From contig CBDANS010000006.1 in the NCBI GenBank assembly GCA_965197745.1, positions 672,001 to 736,000 on the forward strand: a stretch of 64,000 nucleotides of DNA, given 5' to 3'. Made by a program: the position numbers and the translations under genes. Positions 30,794-41,655 of this stretch are shown one piece after another. Below the pieces are notes generated by a model. That model was not told the origin of the DNA. It did no database searches and was given only the letters and a program-made list of their open reading frames with translations. The stretch is from Opitutales bacterium (GTDB taxonomy: Bacteria > Verrucomicrobiota > Verrucomicrobiia > Opitutales > PNEW01). Position 1 is the stretch's first letter; the number at the start of each line of letters is the position of its first letter.

Positions 30794-30945
30794 GGGGCGA
30801 ATACAACAATTTGTACTTATCTTCATTCTAAACCGGAACAACCCCGTTAAATAGTTTGATCCTTACAATCCACATGAATAAGGTGAAGTAAAAGTCTAAG
30901 CAGTTTCGCATACTGCTCCTATTAAAATCCAAAACTATAAATACA

Positions 30946-31359
30946 ATGAGTAATACATTCCCGCGAAGTTCATACGATAAAGTTGGCGGTATCGTTTTTT
31001 TTGGGAGGATGTTGGACAAGATCCGCCTCCACGCTCAGGGTACCTTACCCGATGATTATAATCTCGGGGTCGGGTTCGACGAACGGTGTCTTAAATTTCT
31101 TAATATCAAATACGATGAAATCACAGAAAAAGTCCTGCAAGGGGAAACTGATGAGGACCTTCTCGAATGGTGTTTTGAGAACGGACGTAAACCTTCTGAT
31201 GATGAAATTGAAATCTGGAATGGATTCATGACTAAAGTTGGATGGAGGGATGATAACTCGGAAAAGCTGGTTGAAAGAAAGCGTTTAGGCGGTTTCACTG
31301 ACCGTGACGATATACAGACCAACTTTGATTTTCATGATGCTGATGAAGGAAGGACTTAA
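30946..31359 (+). CDS. DUF5069-like protein
   Basis: PRSSYDKVGGIVFFGRMLDKIRL...FDERCLKFL...DADEGR. Confidence 0.75.
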   Translation: MSNTFPRSSYDKVGGIVFFGRMLDKIRLHAQGTLPDDYNLGVGFDERCLKFLNIKYDEITEKVLQGETDEDLLEWCFENGRKPSDDEIEIWNGFMTKVGWRDDNSEKLVERKRLGGFTDRDDIQTNFDFHDADEGRT

Positions 31360-31378
31360 AATAATTAAATCATAGCTT

Positions 31379-32539
31379 ATGGCTGACCCAATAATAACGA
31401 GCTTGGAGATTCATCAATATGAATACTCGCTGAATGATTTAGGTAAAGATTACAATGGCTTTAACCTCGTTTACACCCCGGGTAATTCCCTGAAAATGGG
31501 CGGATGTGTCATCCGGATTCTAACCGATAAGGGAATTACAGGTGAGTATGCTACGGGTAACTATGCGGACTTATCAACCATACCCATGTTCTGGCACTAC
31601 TTGAAAGGGAAGCCTGCGCTCCAGCGCGAGCGTATTTATGACGATGTCAAAAGAGCTTTACGTCAAATGGCAAGAATGGGTCTTGCCCAGGTTGACAATG
31701 CCCTATGGGACATCGCAGGGAAATACTACAACGCTCCGGTTTATGAACTATTAGGTGGCTATAAAACGAGCTTACCCTGTTATGCCAGCACCTATCACGG
31801 TGATGAAAACGGTGGCTTGGACTGCCCTGAAGCATTTGCGGAATTCGCGGTCAGGTGCAAAGAGATCGGCTACCCTGCTTTTAAAATTCACGGTTGGGGG
31901 AATGCCCCGGTAAAAAAGGAAATTGCCAATGTTCTCGCCGTTCGCGAAGCGGTGGGGGCCGATATGGATTTAATGATGGACCCGGCATGTGAGCTTACCA
32001 CTTTCGGCGACGCGCTCAAGGTTGGATGGGCCTGTGACGAGGCTAAATTTTTCTGGTACGAAGATCCCTTTAGAGATGGAGGCATCTCTCAGTTTGCTCA
32101 TAGAAAACTGCGCCAATTAATAAAAACTCCCCTTCTCCAGACAGAACATGTGCGCAGTCTCGAGCCTCATATTGATTTCGCGATCGCCGAAGCCACAGAC
32201 TTTGTCCGTGGAGATGTCGGCTACGACGGGATAACCGGAGTAATGAAACTCGCGCATGCCGCCGAGGCCCTGGGAATAGACATCGAATTTCACGGGGCAA
32301 ACCCGACTATAAGGCAATGCATGGCTTCTGTTCGCAATACAAACTACTATGAGATGGGATTAGTCCATCCAAACGCGCCCATCAGTCATCCCTCTGAATT
32401 ATATAAAGACTATGACGACTCACTAGAAGCGGTTGACAAAAACGGCCATATCCCTATTCCCCAGGGGCCCGGACTTGGTGTCGACATAAACTGGGACTGG
32501 ATTAACGCAAATCGCACCAACCTTATTGTTTACGATTAA
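31379..32539 (+). CDS. Mandelate racemase/muconate lactonizing (enolase superfamily) enzyme
   Basis: DNALWDIAGK, FKIH, MMD, WYEDP, PQGPGLGV. Confidence 0.88.
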   Translation: MADPIITSLEIHQYEYSLNDLGKDYNGFNLVYTPGNSLKMGGCVIRILTDKGITGEYATGNYADLSTIPMFWHYLKGKPALQRERIYDDVKRALRQMARMGLAQVDNALWDIAGKYYNAPVYELLGGYKTSLPCYASTYHGDENGGLDCPEAFAEFAVRCKEIGYPAFKIHGWGNAPVKKEIANVLAVREAVGADMDLMMDPACELTTFGDALKVGWACDEAKFFWYEDPFRDGGISQFAHRKLRQLIKTPLLQTEHVRSLEPHIDFAIAEATDFVRGDVGYDGITGVMKLAHAAEALGIDIEFHGANPTIRQCMASVRNTNYYEMGLVHPNAPISHPSELYKDYDDSLEAVDKNGHIPIPQGPGLGVDINWDWINANRTNLIVYD

Positions 32540-32562
32540 ACTGAGGGGGAATTTGCATCACC

Positions 32563-33774
32563 ATGTCATTGCGTTTCCTATTTTATATTACCTGCACTTT
32601 ATTCCCACTATCGGTCCTGATGGGGGCTGTAGAAACAGCGTCACCTCGGAAAAACAATGTTTCCACCATTGATAATTCTATCATTAAAAATAAGGAATCA
32701 GACAAAGTGGATGTTATCCTCCAGCGCATAAACGATCACTCATTTCGAAGAATAGAAGATGGCTTCACTTATGACAATGTAAGCAATGTACATGGCGTTG
32801 CTGATCTTAGTGACAACTCCTGGCGCGTTCGATTGTTAGCGGTAAGAGATCTTATTCGATTAGGTGAATCCGCAATTCCTCAACTGATAACTCGACTCGA
32901 AGATAATAATTCCCATGTGCGCGAGTTGTGCGCTATGGTGCTGGGTATTCTCGAAGCATCAGAGGCCAATCAGGCACTCATTAAAAGGCTGCAGGAGGAC
33001 CCGGATTCCGTTGTTCGCACCCAGGCTGCTTCCGCATTGGGTCAGATTGGGTTAAGTGAGTCCTTAACGGTGTTAGAAAAAACGATGAAAAAGGATTCCA
33101 GCCGGGACGTGATACCTCAATGTGAAATGTCGATCACCCAGATTGAAAATAATATTAAATCCGACCCCGACCTTGCGGCCTCTTATCATTCACTCGACGA
33201 ATCAAAATTTAACAGCGTTCAAGTAAATCAACCAGCAGTCGATTTTGAATTAAAAGACACCAACGGAAAAACCTGGCGGCTTAACGATTTTAAAGGAGAA
33301 AAAACCGTTGTCCTGATCTGGGTATTCGCTGACTGGTGTCCAGTCTGTCATAATGAGTTTCACGAATTAATCGAACTGGAAAAAGAATTTGCACGCGCGG
33401 ATATCCAGGTTTTTACCGTGGAGTGTCACGACCAGTTTCGTTGCCGGGTGATGACGGGTCAGGAAAAAAAACCCCACTACTGGTTTAAAAAGAAACCATT
33501 CATTGACCAGTATCCCGAAAAAATCTGGTGGCCGCATCTTGTCGATCTCGCAGGTGCGGTGGGCGCAACCTACGGCGTCGATCCCATGGAATTTGTCGTC
33601 CATTCAGAATGGATTAACCGTCCATCAACGGTTATCGTGGATAAAAACGGAATGGTTCGATTAGCCTACTACGGTACCTTCTGGGGAGATCGACCCACGA
33701 TAGAGCAAACGCTCGAAATGGTCCACTCGGAAGATTTTCAGTTTGAGCATCCCGAGCGAAGGAAAATGCCCTAG
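32563..33774 (+). CDS. Secreted HEAT-repeat + redoxin (AhpC/TSA-like) fusion
   Basis: Signal peptide, VRTQAASALGQIG HEAT repeats, DFELKD...WCPVC, IVDKNGMVR. Confidence 0.8.
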   Translation: MSLRFLFYITCTLFPLSVLMGAVETASPRKNNVSTIDNSIIKNKESDKVDVILQRINDHSFRRIEDGFTYDNVSNVHGVADLSDNSWRVRLLAVRDLIRLGESAIPQLITRLEDNNSHVRELCAMVLGILEASEANQALIKRLQEDPDSVVRTQAASALGQIGLSESLTVLEKTMKKDSSRDVIPQCEMSITQIENNIKSDPDLAASYHSLDESKFNSVQVNQPAVDFELKDTNGKTWRLNDFKGEKTVVLIWVFADWCPVCHNEFHELIELEKEFARADIQVFTVECHDQFRCRVMTGQEKKPHYWFKKKPFIDQYPEKIWWPHLVDLAGAVGATYGVDPMEFVVHSEWINRPSTVIVDKNGMVRLAYYGTFWGDRPTIEQTLEMVHSEDFQFEHPERRKMP

Positions 33775-33896
33775 TCGATTATCGATTGCCGATTTTCGAA
33801 TGACGAATGTCGAGCTTTGCTCTCGGTAGTCGATTGGAAGATAGCCATAGCTGGACTCAGCCTGGAATTAGATTTTATTAATCTTCGTCTTCGTCT

Positions 33897-34150
33897 CTAT
33901 TGTCATTGCGAGGGAGTAAAACGACGAAGCAATCCAGGGGGATGTCTGTTGCGTAATCACGGTCCCAGGAATCAAGACTCCAATCAATAGTACGAGTGCT
34001 GAAATACATTACTGGGTTTGCGAAGAACATGTATCCAACATCTTACATTTCATAGGTTAGTGAACAACAGATAAACTCCACCTGGAATGGAAGATGTCGC
34101 TGAGTTCGGTAGCCGCGGTCGGCTGGTAGCCTCCCTCGCAATGACAATAG
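33897..34150. repeat. TGTCATTGCGAG-type palindromic miniature element
   Basis: Perfect 20-bp terminal inverted repeats CTATTGTCATTGCGAGGGAG / CTCCCTCGCAATGACAATAG. Confidence 0.85.
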
Positions 34151-34378
34151 GAAAGAAGACGAAGATTGATCTCCTATCATTACTCCTTACAGAAGCTCGG
34201 TAAACTCCCGTTATCGCATTCTGTCATTACCCGACTTGTTCGGGTAACCCATTCTCCACTTCTCTGGCACTTCACCCGTTTTTTTATTTACAAAGCCCCC
34301 TTCCGGTTCATACCTTCCGGTCTATAACCACTAATGAGCCAGTCGTGGCTCACGATTTACTTTTTATAGGAGCACTCA

Positions 34379-36319
34379 ATGAGCATCAGTCATTACGACC
34401 TCGTTGTATATAACGGATCACCGGCGGGTATAGCCTGCGCGGTGCGTGCGGCCCGCGAAGGGCTTTCGGTCCTTCTTGCCAACCACACTCCAATCTTGGG
34501 GGGCATGATTTCCAACGGTCTCTGTTGCTGGGATACGCTGTATGAAGGCAAAAGATCGCCTATTTACGATGAACTGCGGGAGGCCCTGTTTGCATTCTAC
34601 AGAGATACCTACGGCGAAGGCTCCGATCAATACCGTACCTGTCTGTCCGGTCCTTCGGACCATTCCCACAACCTGTTCATAAAATCACATCTTGTTCCAT
34701 CTAAAGGCAATAACCAACAGCTTACTTTCGAATCAAAAGTCGCACAGATGCTGGTGGAAAAGATGGTAGATTCCGAGCCCAACATCTCATGTCTGATGAG
34801 TTCGTACCCTTTGAAAGTGGTGAGAATCGGACCGCTCATCAAGAGCGTTACCTTTGGGAAAATGAACGCCGATTGTCTGCCGGATACTGACGGCGCACGA
34901 ACTGAGGTCAGCGCCGACTCGTGGGCCGACTGCAGTTACGAGGGAGACCTGATGGCGTTGTGCGCCGCCGCATACCGTTTCGGTCGAGAACCGCGCTCTG
35001 AGTACCAAGAGCCTCACGCAGGAAAAATATTCTTAAAGCCGTCCAAAGAACCACCAAGCGATCGCCTTGCCTTCCTCGGCGTCGAACATGCCAAGCTCAA
35101 CCTCCGAAAATCGCTTGTTGTACCAGACTACCAGGAGGTTGTGGAGTGGGAAGGAGCCGGAAATGGAAACGACAGAGTACAGGCCTTTAACTTTCGCACC
35201 ATGCTTACTAACGTCGCGGCAAATCGGATGCCGGTGGAAAGGCCGGAACGGTACGATCCGGAGTACATAAAAACGCTGGGGAGTGTCCACGACCCACCTA
35301 ACGTTAAATACCGTGTAAACCGGCCGCAGTTGGTGGGGCCTCAGAACCCATATGTAGATGGCTCGTGGGAAGACCGGAAAAAAGTAAAGGACGACCACTG
35401 GGACGCATTTCTCGGCTGCCTCTACTTCGCGCGAAACGACGAATCGGAGCCGGAGGACCGGCGAAAAGAGGCAAGCCAGTGGGGACTCCCCAACGATGAG
35501 TTTGTGAAAAACGGACATAGACCGTACGAAATGTATACACGGGAAACACGGCGGCTCGAAGGACGCTACGTCTTCACGGAACACGACGCCACATTCATAG
35601 ACGATGTAAAACGGGCGCGTATACACGGAGATGCCATCGCGGTTACCGAATGGTTTATCGACATACACCCCTGTACGTTCGAAAAGCTCCCAGGCACGCT
35701 ACATGAAGGAAAGGTCATGCTCCACCAGGAGACCTTCCCCGGCCAGATACCGTATCGAGCCATTCTGCCGAAAGGCATCGACAATCTGCTGGTTCCCGTG
35801 TGTGTCTCTTCCAGTCACGTGGGGTGGAGCACCATCCGGCTCGAGCCTACGTGGATGAACATAGCCGAGGCGGCCGCGTGGGCTGTAATCATAGCGACAC
35901 GGAACGGTGTGGCTCCGGCCGAGATCACCCACGAGGCGCTGGTGCGAAAGCTTGCGGATTCACGGGTGATGATCTCCTTCTTTAACGACGTCGATCTGGG
36001 CTCGGATGATACATGGATACCCCCCGTAGCTTACTTCGCCACAAAAGGCTTTTTCCCCGGATACGACGCCAGGGCGGATGACACCCTCGACAGCGCCACG
36101 GCGGAAGTGTGGGCGAACGCGTTCATGGCCCTCAAGAACGGTTTTGCCGGGGATCCAATGGCAACCGCCCGGTTAGCAGCGACGGCGGCACAACGGGCCA
36201 CAGACCCAATCTCAACGGTGGTGTTTCATGAGATGACCGGCATTCCCGGCCATGCCGGGGAGGACTCGCCGATCACCCGGAGCGACGCGTGCGCCCTGCT
36301 ATATGATGCGCTGAAATGA
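34379..36319 (+). CDS. FAD-dependent oxidoreductase (FAD_oxidored family)
   Basis: DLVVYNGSPAGIACAVRAAREG, DCSYEGDL, YTRETRR, IPYRAILP, SSSHV...IRLEP. Confidence 0.85.
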   Translation: MSISHYDLVVYNGSPAGIACAVRAAREGLSVLLANHTPILGGMISNGLCCWDTLYEGKRSPIYDELREALFAFYRDTYGEGSDQYRTCLSGPSDHSHNLFIKSHLVPSKGNNQQLTFESKVAQMLVEKMVDSEPNISCLMSSYPLKVVRIGPLIKSVTFGKMNADCLPDTDGARTEVSADSWADCSYEGDLMALCAAAYRFGREPRSEYQEPHAGKIFLKPSKEPPSDRLAFLGVEHAKLNLRKSLVVPDYQEVVEWEGAGNGNDRVQAFNFRTMLTNVAANRMPVERPERYDPEYIKTLGSVHDPPNVKYRVNRPQLVGPQNPYVDGSWEDRKKVKDDHWDAFLGCLYFARNDESEPEDRRKEASQWGLPNDEFVKNGHRPYEMYTRETRRLEGRYVFTEHDATFIDDVKRARIHGDAIAVTEWFIDIHPCTFEKLPGTLHEGKVMLHQETFPGQIPYRAILPKGIDNLLVPVCVSSSHVGWSTIRLEPTWMNIAEAAAWAVIIATRNGVAPAEITHEALVRKLADSRVMISFFNDVDLGSDDTWIPPVAYFATKGFFPGYDARADDTLDSATAEVWANAFMALKNGFAGDPMATARLAATAAQRATDPISTVVFHEMTGIPGHAGEDSPITRSDACALLYDALK

Positions 36320-36418
36320 AAAGCCAAACATCCTGAGCGAAGGGAAATGCCCTAAACAATTGTCGATTGGAAGATAGCCATAAGAGGTAAAGGAACTTTT
36401 TTTTAATGTATTTACAAT

Positions 36419-36497
36419 AAGGTGGAACGCGCTGTCCCTAGCGCGTTTGAGAATGTTGCAATTGAAGAAGCGCGCTAGGGACAGCGTGTTCCACCTT
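36419..36497. repeat. REP-like inverted pair between convergent genes
   Basis: AAGGTGGAACGCGCTGTCCCTAGCGCG...CGCGCTAGGGACAGCGTGTTCCACCTT. Confidence 0.8.
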
Positions 36498-36606
36498 GGC
36501 TTGCAAAATATATAATGAAATATTCTCTATAAATACTTGGACGATGACGTAGACGAAGATATACTTCCTATCATAACGCCTTACTAACCCAACTTTCTTT
36601 TACTAC

Positions 36607-37698
36607 TCAACCTGGAATAAATTCCAAACAGACAGGCGCAGGAGCATCGACGACATGGCCCGCTGGAGTGAGTCGACCTGTTTGCTGATCACGGCGAAAA
36701 GTTACAATAGTATCAGCGTTCTGATTGGCGGCCAATAACCAGTTTCCAGTCGGATCGATCGCAAAGTTTCGCGGAAACTCTCCTTGTGTCGGCTCATGAC
36801 CGATCAACTTTATTCGCCCAGTACCTTCATCGATTTCATAGGCGACAATGCTGTCATGACCGCGATTGGATCCATAGAGAAATTTACCCGATGGATCAAT
36901 ATGGAGATCAGCACAGTGATTGGTGCCATTAAAATCTTCAGGGAGTGTGGACAGCGTCTGCACTTCACTCAGTTTACCTTTACTCTCATCATAAGTGAAA
37001 GCGACCATCGTGGAATCGAGTTCATTAATCAAATAGGCGTATTTGCCATTGGGGTGGAAGGTAAAGTGGCGTGGCCCCGACCCGGCTTTGCTTGAGAAGC
37101 ACAACTCCTCATTCAGTTTCAATTTTCCCTTTGTCGAATCGAAGGCGTAAATTAAAACTTTATCCAGTCCAAGATCCGGGGTGATAGCAAAATTGTTATT
37201 GCGGTCCACATAAATCGAATGCGCGTGGGCTTCCATTTGCCGTTCAGGATTTACGCTCGAGCCTTCGTGTTGAATGAATTCGGTGGCCTCTCCGAGCTGC
37301 CCACCCTCCAGGATGGGAAGAACCGATACACTCCCGCCCCCGTAATTCGCGACGAGGATGAATTTTTCCGTCCTATCCAGAATAAGATGACAGGGGCCAG
37401 TCCCAACGGAAGACTGTTCATTTATTAATGTCAGCTCTCCCGTTTTCGAATCGATGGAATAAGCACCTACCGCCCCGCATTCTTTCCCTTCAAATTCGTG
37501 TATCTCATACAAAGCATAGAGGGTGCGGCGTTGCTTATCAATGCACAGAAAGGTTGGGTTATCTACACCCTTAACCTGGCTGGAGTATTTCAACTCCCCT
37601 GTTGAAGCATCCATGCGATAGACATATAGCCCCTCACTCTTACCCGTGGTATAGGTTCCTACATAAATCAACCATTCATTTATTGTATTTGCGCCCAT
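36607..37698 (-). CDS. pgl: 6-phosphogluconolactonase-family beta-propeller lactonase
   Basis: YVGTYT, GPCH, VANY, HAH, PDLGLD, GPRH, SNRGHDS, PRNF. Confidence 0.88.
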   Translation of the reverse strand: MGANTINEWLIYVGTYTTGKSEGLYVYRMDASTGELKYSSQVKGVDNPTFLCIDKQRRTLYALYEIHEFEGKECGAVGAYSIDSKTGELTLINEQSSVGTGPCHLILDRTEKFILVANYGGGSVSVLPILEGGQLGEATEFIQHEGSSVNPERQMEAHAHSIYVDRNNNFAITPDLGLDKVLIYAFDSTKGKLKLNEELCFSSKAGSGPRHFTFHPNGKYAYLINELDSTMVAFTYDESKGKLSEVQTLSTLPEDFNGTNHCADLHIDPSGKFLYGSNRGHDSIVAYEIDEGTGRIKLIGHEPTQGEFPRNFAIDPTGNWLLAANQNADTIVTFRRDQQTGRLTPAGHVVDAPAPVCLEFIPG

Positions 37699-37780
37699 GG
37701 ATATTGCATCTTCTCTTTTAATATAATGAAAAATTAATAATGTAAGAAATGGGTCAAGATGCTTTTACTTCTGTCGCGAC

Positions 37781-38521
37781 TTAATCCTGGCGCAGGAAGT
37801 CATGCACGATCTCAGCGTATCCCTCGGTATAGTCCATTTCCAGGTAATGGGCGCCGTAGTACTCGAGCGGAGTAAAGTCAGAGAGATCATAAGTTGGCAT
37901 TGGATTAAACTGGACCACCCCTTCTCCTGCTCGACATATGTGCACTGTAACATCGGTCGTGGTTTTGGAGAGTTCGATGATCTGCATAACGTCAGCACCC
38001 TTACCGTCCGCGCGGGGAATTACCTTCAGTCGCCATGAAGGCAGTAAATTGGGCAATTCTTCAGGCGCCGCTTGCCTTTCCATCGTCGAGCGCACGCTCA
38101 TTATGGATGTTCCCGCTAAAAAAGTATCCGTATACATCACTCTTTCATCCATCTTCACTCTTACGTCTGCAAAAACTTTTGGCGTACCGTAAATTTCTCG
38201 ACCGGCCGGAATGCTGCCGCGGGAATTAAGGAATACAACAGGAGCAAAGTAGCCTACCTGTCCTTTATACCTGCACTTCACGGTCAATATACTCTCCTCA
38301 AATTTTCCGTAATTAGCTGCCCATGGGACGGTAAGCCCGATCGCTATGCAGTAGCCATCTTCCGATGCTTCGAAGCACTCGGGCAGCACCCGATCAATAG
38401 CTGCAACATCAGCACGAAAATAAACAAACTGAAAACGCACGTTCCGATAGGCAGCGGGTGGCATCGGATAATACGGCGAGAAAGCCGGCATATTAGCGAT
38501 ACTATCCATGGGGATGCTCAT
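37781..38521 (-). CDS. Acetoacetate decarboxylase-family protein
   Basis: AGREIYGTPK (Schiff-base Lys motif), LKVIP. Confidence 0.82.
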   Translation of the reverse strand: MSIPMDSIANMPAFSPYYPMPPAAYRNVRFQFVYFRADVAAIDRVLPECFEASEDGYCIAIGLTVPWAANYGKFEESILTVKCRYKGQVGYFAPVVFLNSRGSIPAGREIYGTPKVFADVRVKMDERVMYTDTFLAGTSIMSVRSTMERQAAPEELPNLLPSWRLKVIPRADGKGADVMQIIELSKTTTDVTVHICRAGEGVVQFNPMPTYDLSDFTPLEYYGAHYLEMDYTEGYAEIVHDFLRQD

Positions 38522-38577
38522 CTTATAATCTTTTTATATATATTTTCTAAAAATATCGATCTGCAAATCATCACCGG

Positions 38578-40091
38578 TTAATGATAGTCATTCCCCGTAT
38601 TGCTACTTTGGCAGGATTCAATCCACTTTTCAAGAGTCTTAACCATTCTATTTGTGGTGTAGGGTTGTTCCTCTGCTATATCCGTGGTCTCACCGGGATC
38701 GCTTACGAGATCGTAAAGTCGATAAGATTTTCCATTGTTGAGACTTAAAATTTTGTAGCGGTTATCAATCAAGGACAGCTGTTCCGCAGACTCGAATGCC
38801 TTTGCCTCTCTCTCAAATGGGTCCATCTCCGATTGAAACCCAATCGGGCTGGGACGTTCTTTCATCTTACCGTTAATTAGCGATAAGAGGCTGACGCCAT
38901 CGATGGGCATGGGTTGATTGGTTACTTTAAAGCCCGTGATATCACGAATCGTGGGATAAAAATCACTGGTCACACAGGGAATATCCGTAACCACGGATTG
39001 ACGAATTTTCGACGGCCATACAAGCATCGCGGGAACCCTAATTCCCCCTTCGTAGAGGGTCCCTTTCTCCCCGCGAAAGGGCCCGGCAGTATTATAGTCA
39101 TGGATCCAAGAGGGACCGTTATCACTGCAGAACCAGATTATTGTATTATCGGCAATTCCTGTTGCCCGATTACTGCACGCATGCGCCCAATCTGTTCATC
39201 CATCGCCGTCAGGCAGCCATACCAGTGCTGGGCCTTCATCGGTAAATCACTATAGAACGATCGATGTCTCTCCCCGGCAATAACCGGTGAATGGGGGGTG
39301 TGAAACCAAATTGTCGAAAAGAAAGGATTGTTCGCGGTGGCTTCACTTTTTATAAAATTAATCGCGCGGTCCATGATAATTCGTGAGTTCGTCCCTATAA
39401 TATTTTCAGTTACTTTTTTGCCTGGACCCTCCCAGTAAACACCGCGCCACTTATCTCCCTCTTCACCTTTTACAACAGGGCGATCCATAATTAATGTTCT
39501 TTCACCATTCTAACCACGCGGTTGGGTGTAAGGATTATAAAGAGGCATGCCCGCCTCGTCAGAAAAGCACACATCAAATCCGTTGTCCCATGGCGGCGAA
39601 TAGTGTTGTGGACGATCGGGCCTGCCTTGCACACCGTCTATCTCGGTTTTTGTAAGGGTTCCGAGATGCCATTTCCCGAAGTGACCGGTGCGGTAACCGA
39701 CACCTTTAAGCGCTTCAGCTAATGTCACCTCTTCGGAAGGTAATGATCCGACGTTGGCGAGAGGGATTCCGTATCGATAGGGATTGCGTCCGGTCAAACA
39801 ACTTCCCCTTGTCGGAGAACACACGGGCGCTCCCGCATAAAAGCGATCGAAGCGAATACCCTCTCTTGACATGGCATCCAGATGAGGCGTTTTGACGATA
39901 GGATTTCCATTATAGCCGACATCACCCCACCCCTGGTCGTCAGACATCACCAGGATGATATTGGGGCGCCGCGTGGAAAGATTACCCGCCTTGGTTTTTG
40001 AAGCTCCGAGCATGTTGCGCATCGAGATAGCCGCTGTTCCAAGGCTTAAATTTTTTATGAATTGTCGACGCGTATTTTTACTCTTATTCAT
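38578..40091 (-). pseudogene. Tat-exported sulfatase with an in-frame TAG (39510-39512) and a frameshift (~39160)
   Basis: TRRQFIK Tat motif, [31 protein letters not shown], frame change before [24 protein letters not shown]. Confidence 0.8.
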
Positions 40092-40221
40092 ATCCAGCTC
40101 ACCCTCTCGTTTTAAGGTGATGGTCAATTAGCATAAAGACGGGGGCTTTGCGGTTGCAATTGCTAATCGCATCTATCATTGATGGTGTCCGACTCTCAAT
40201 ATTGCTGTCCGTTTTTTGAAT

Positions 40222-41532
40222 ATGACCCGTCCTAACATTCTGTATATTCATTCCCACGACACGGGGCGTTATGTTGAACCCTATGGCTATGCCATTCCGG
40301 CGCCCAATATTCAAAAGCTTGCCGAAGAGGGGATATTATTTCGACAGGCCTACTGCGCATCTCCCATGTGTTCACCCAGTCGAGCCGCTCTCCTTACCGG
40401 ACAAAGCCCGCACAGCTGCGGACAATTTGGTTTAGTGAACTGTGGATTTCCACTACGCGATCCCGAGAAACACATCGCACACACGCTTAAAAAGAATGGC
40501 TACTACACTGCTCTATACGGATTACAACATTTGCACAATGATCCTGCAGTCCTCGGCTACGAAAGGATTGTCGAAGTCCAGAAAAATGAAAGAAATATTG
40601 ATGGCGTCCTGTATAAATACGATGCCGGACCGACGACCCAGGCGGCTGTCGAATTTTTAAATGACAAACCCGAGGAACCTTTTTTTCTCACCGTCGGCTA
40701 TTTTGAAACCCACCAGGACTTTCCCAAACTCGGCCCCAAAGACGATCCGCGTTACTGCCCCATCCCGGCGCCTCTTCCCGACACTCCAGTGATAAGAGAG
40801 GAGATGGCGAGATTCAAAGCCAGCGCAAAAATACTCGACAATAATATTGGGACTGTGATCGATGCTCTCGAGACAAATGGTTTGAAAGACAACACCCTGG
40901 TTATATGCACCACCGATCACGGGATTCCCTTTCCTGGAATGAAAACGTGCCTGACCGGTCATGGGACGGGTGTGATGATGATGCTGTGCGGTCCGGGAGA
41001 ATTTTGTGGAGGACGGGTGTCCGATTCCCTGATTTCACAGCTGGATATTTATCCGACTCTGTGTGAATTGCTTGAGATAGAGCTTCCCCCATGGTTGGAA
41101 GGTAAATCCATTCTCCCGATTATTCGGGAGGAAAAGGATGAAATTAACGAAGAGGTATTTTACGAGGCTAACTACCAAGGTATCTTCTACACCCCACAAC
41201 GCGCTGTTCGTACCCAGCGCTGGAATTATGTGCGCCATTATGATCGACAGTCTAATGTTGCACAAGAGCAGTTGTATGATTTGATCCTCGATCCCATCGA
41301 GAGAAACAACATAGCTGATGAACCCTCCATGAGGGACACCCTTAAAGATTTGCAGAGCCGCCTTGATCACTGGATGAAGGAAACAGAAGATCCCCTGCTT
41401 CATGGAAGCGTACCCCTGCCCTTGGAATCCATCGCCATTATTCCCGAGGATGACGATTTGCTCAAGCATGGACAATACCTCTACAATACTTATAAACCCT
41501 GGGAAAATCGGGTACGGGTGGATAACCGTTAG
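40222..41532 (+). CDS. Sulfatase (sulfamidase-like)
   Basis: PNILYIHSHD, CSPSRAALLTG, TTDHG, LYDL..DP.E. Confidence 0.9.
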   Translation: MTRPNILYIHSHDTGRYVEPYGYAIPAPNIQKLAEEGILFRQAYCASPMCSPSRAALLTGQSPHSCGQFGLVNCGFPLRDPEKHIAHTLKKNGYYTALYGLQHLHNDPAVLGYERIVEVQKNERNIDGVLYKYDAGPTTQAAVEFLNDKPEEPFFLTVGYFETHQDFPKLGPKDDPRYCPIPAPLPDTPVIREEMARFKASAKILDNNIGTVIDALETNGLKDNTLVICTTDHGIPFPGMKTCLTGHGTGVMMMLCGPGEFCGGRVSDSLISQLDIYPTLCELLEIELPPWLEGKSILPIIREEKDEINEEVFYEANYQGIFYTPQRAVRTQRWNYVRHYDRQSNVAQEQLYDLILDPIERNNIADEPSMRDTLKDLQSRLDHWMKETEDPLLHGSVPLPLESIAIIPEDDDLLKHGQYLYNTYKPWENRVRVDNR

Positions 41533-41655
41533 ATTGATATAGGGAAACAAATTTACTCTGCACACATGGAAGTAATCTTCAATAGGATGTAATGAGACAT
41601 TACATCACACCACCATGAAAACTGAAGGGTAAGATTTGTAGTAAAAGTTTTTGAA

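Noticed and set aside
39510..39512. In-frame TAG as pyrrolysine, given the corrinoid operon
   Set aside because: It lies in a sulfatase that also has a frameshift; no pyl genes or methylamine methyltransferase are seen
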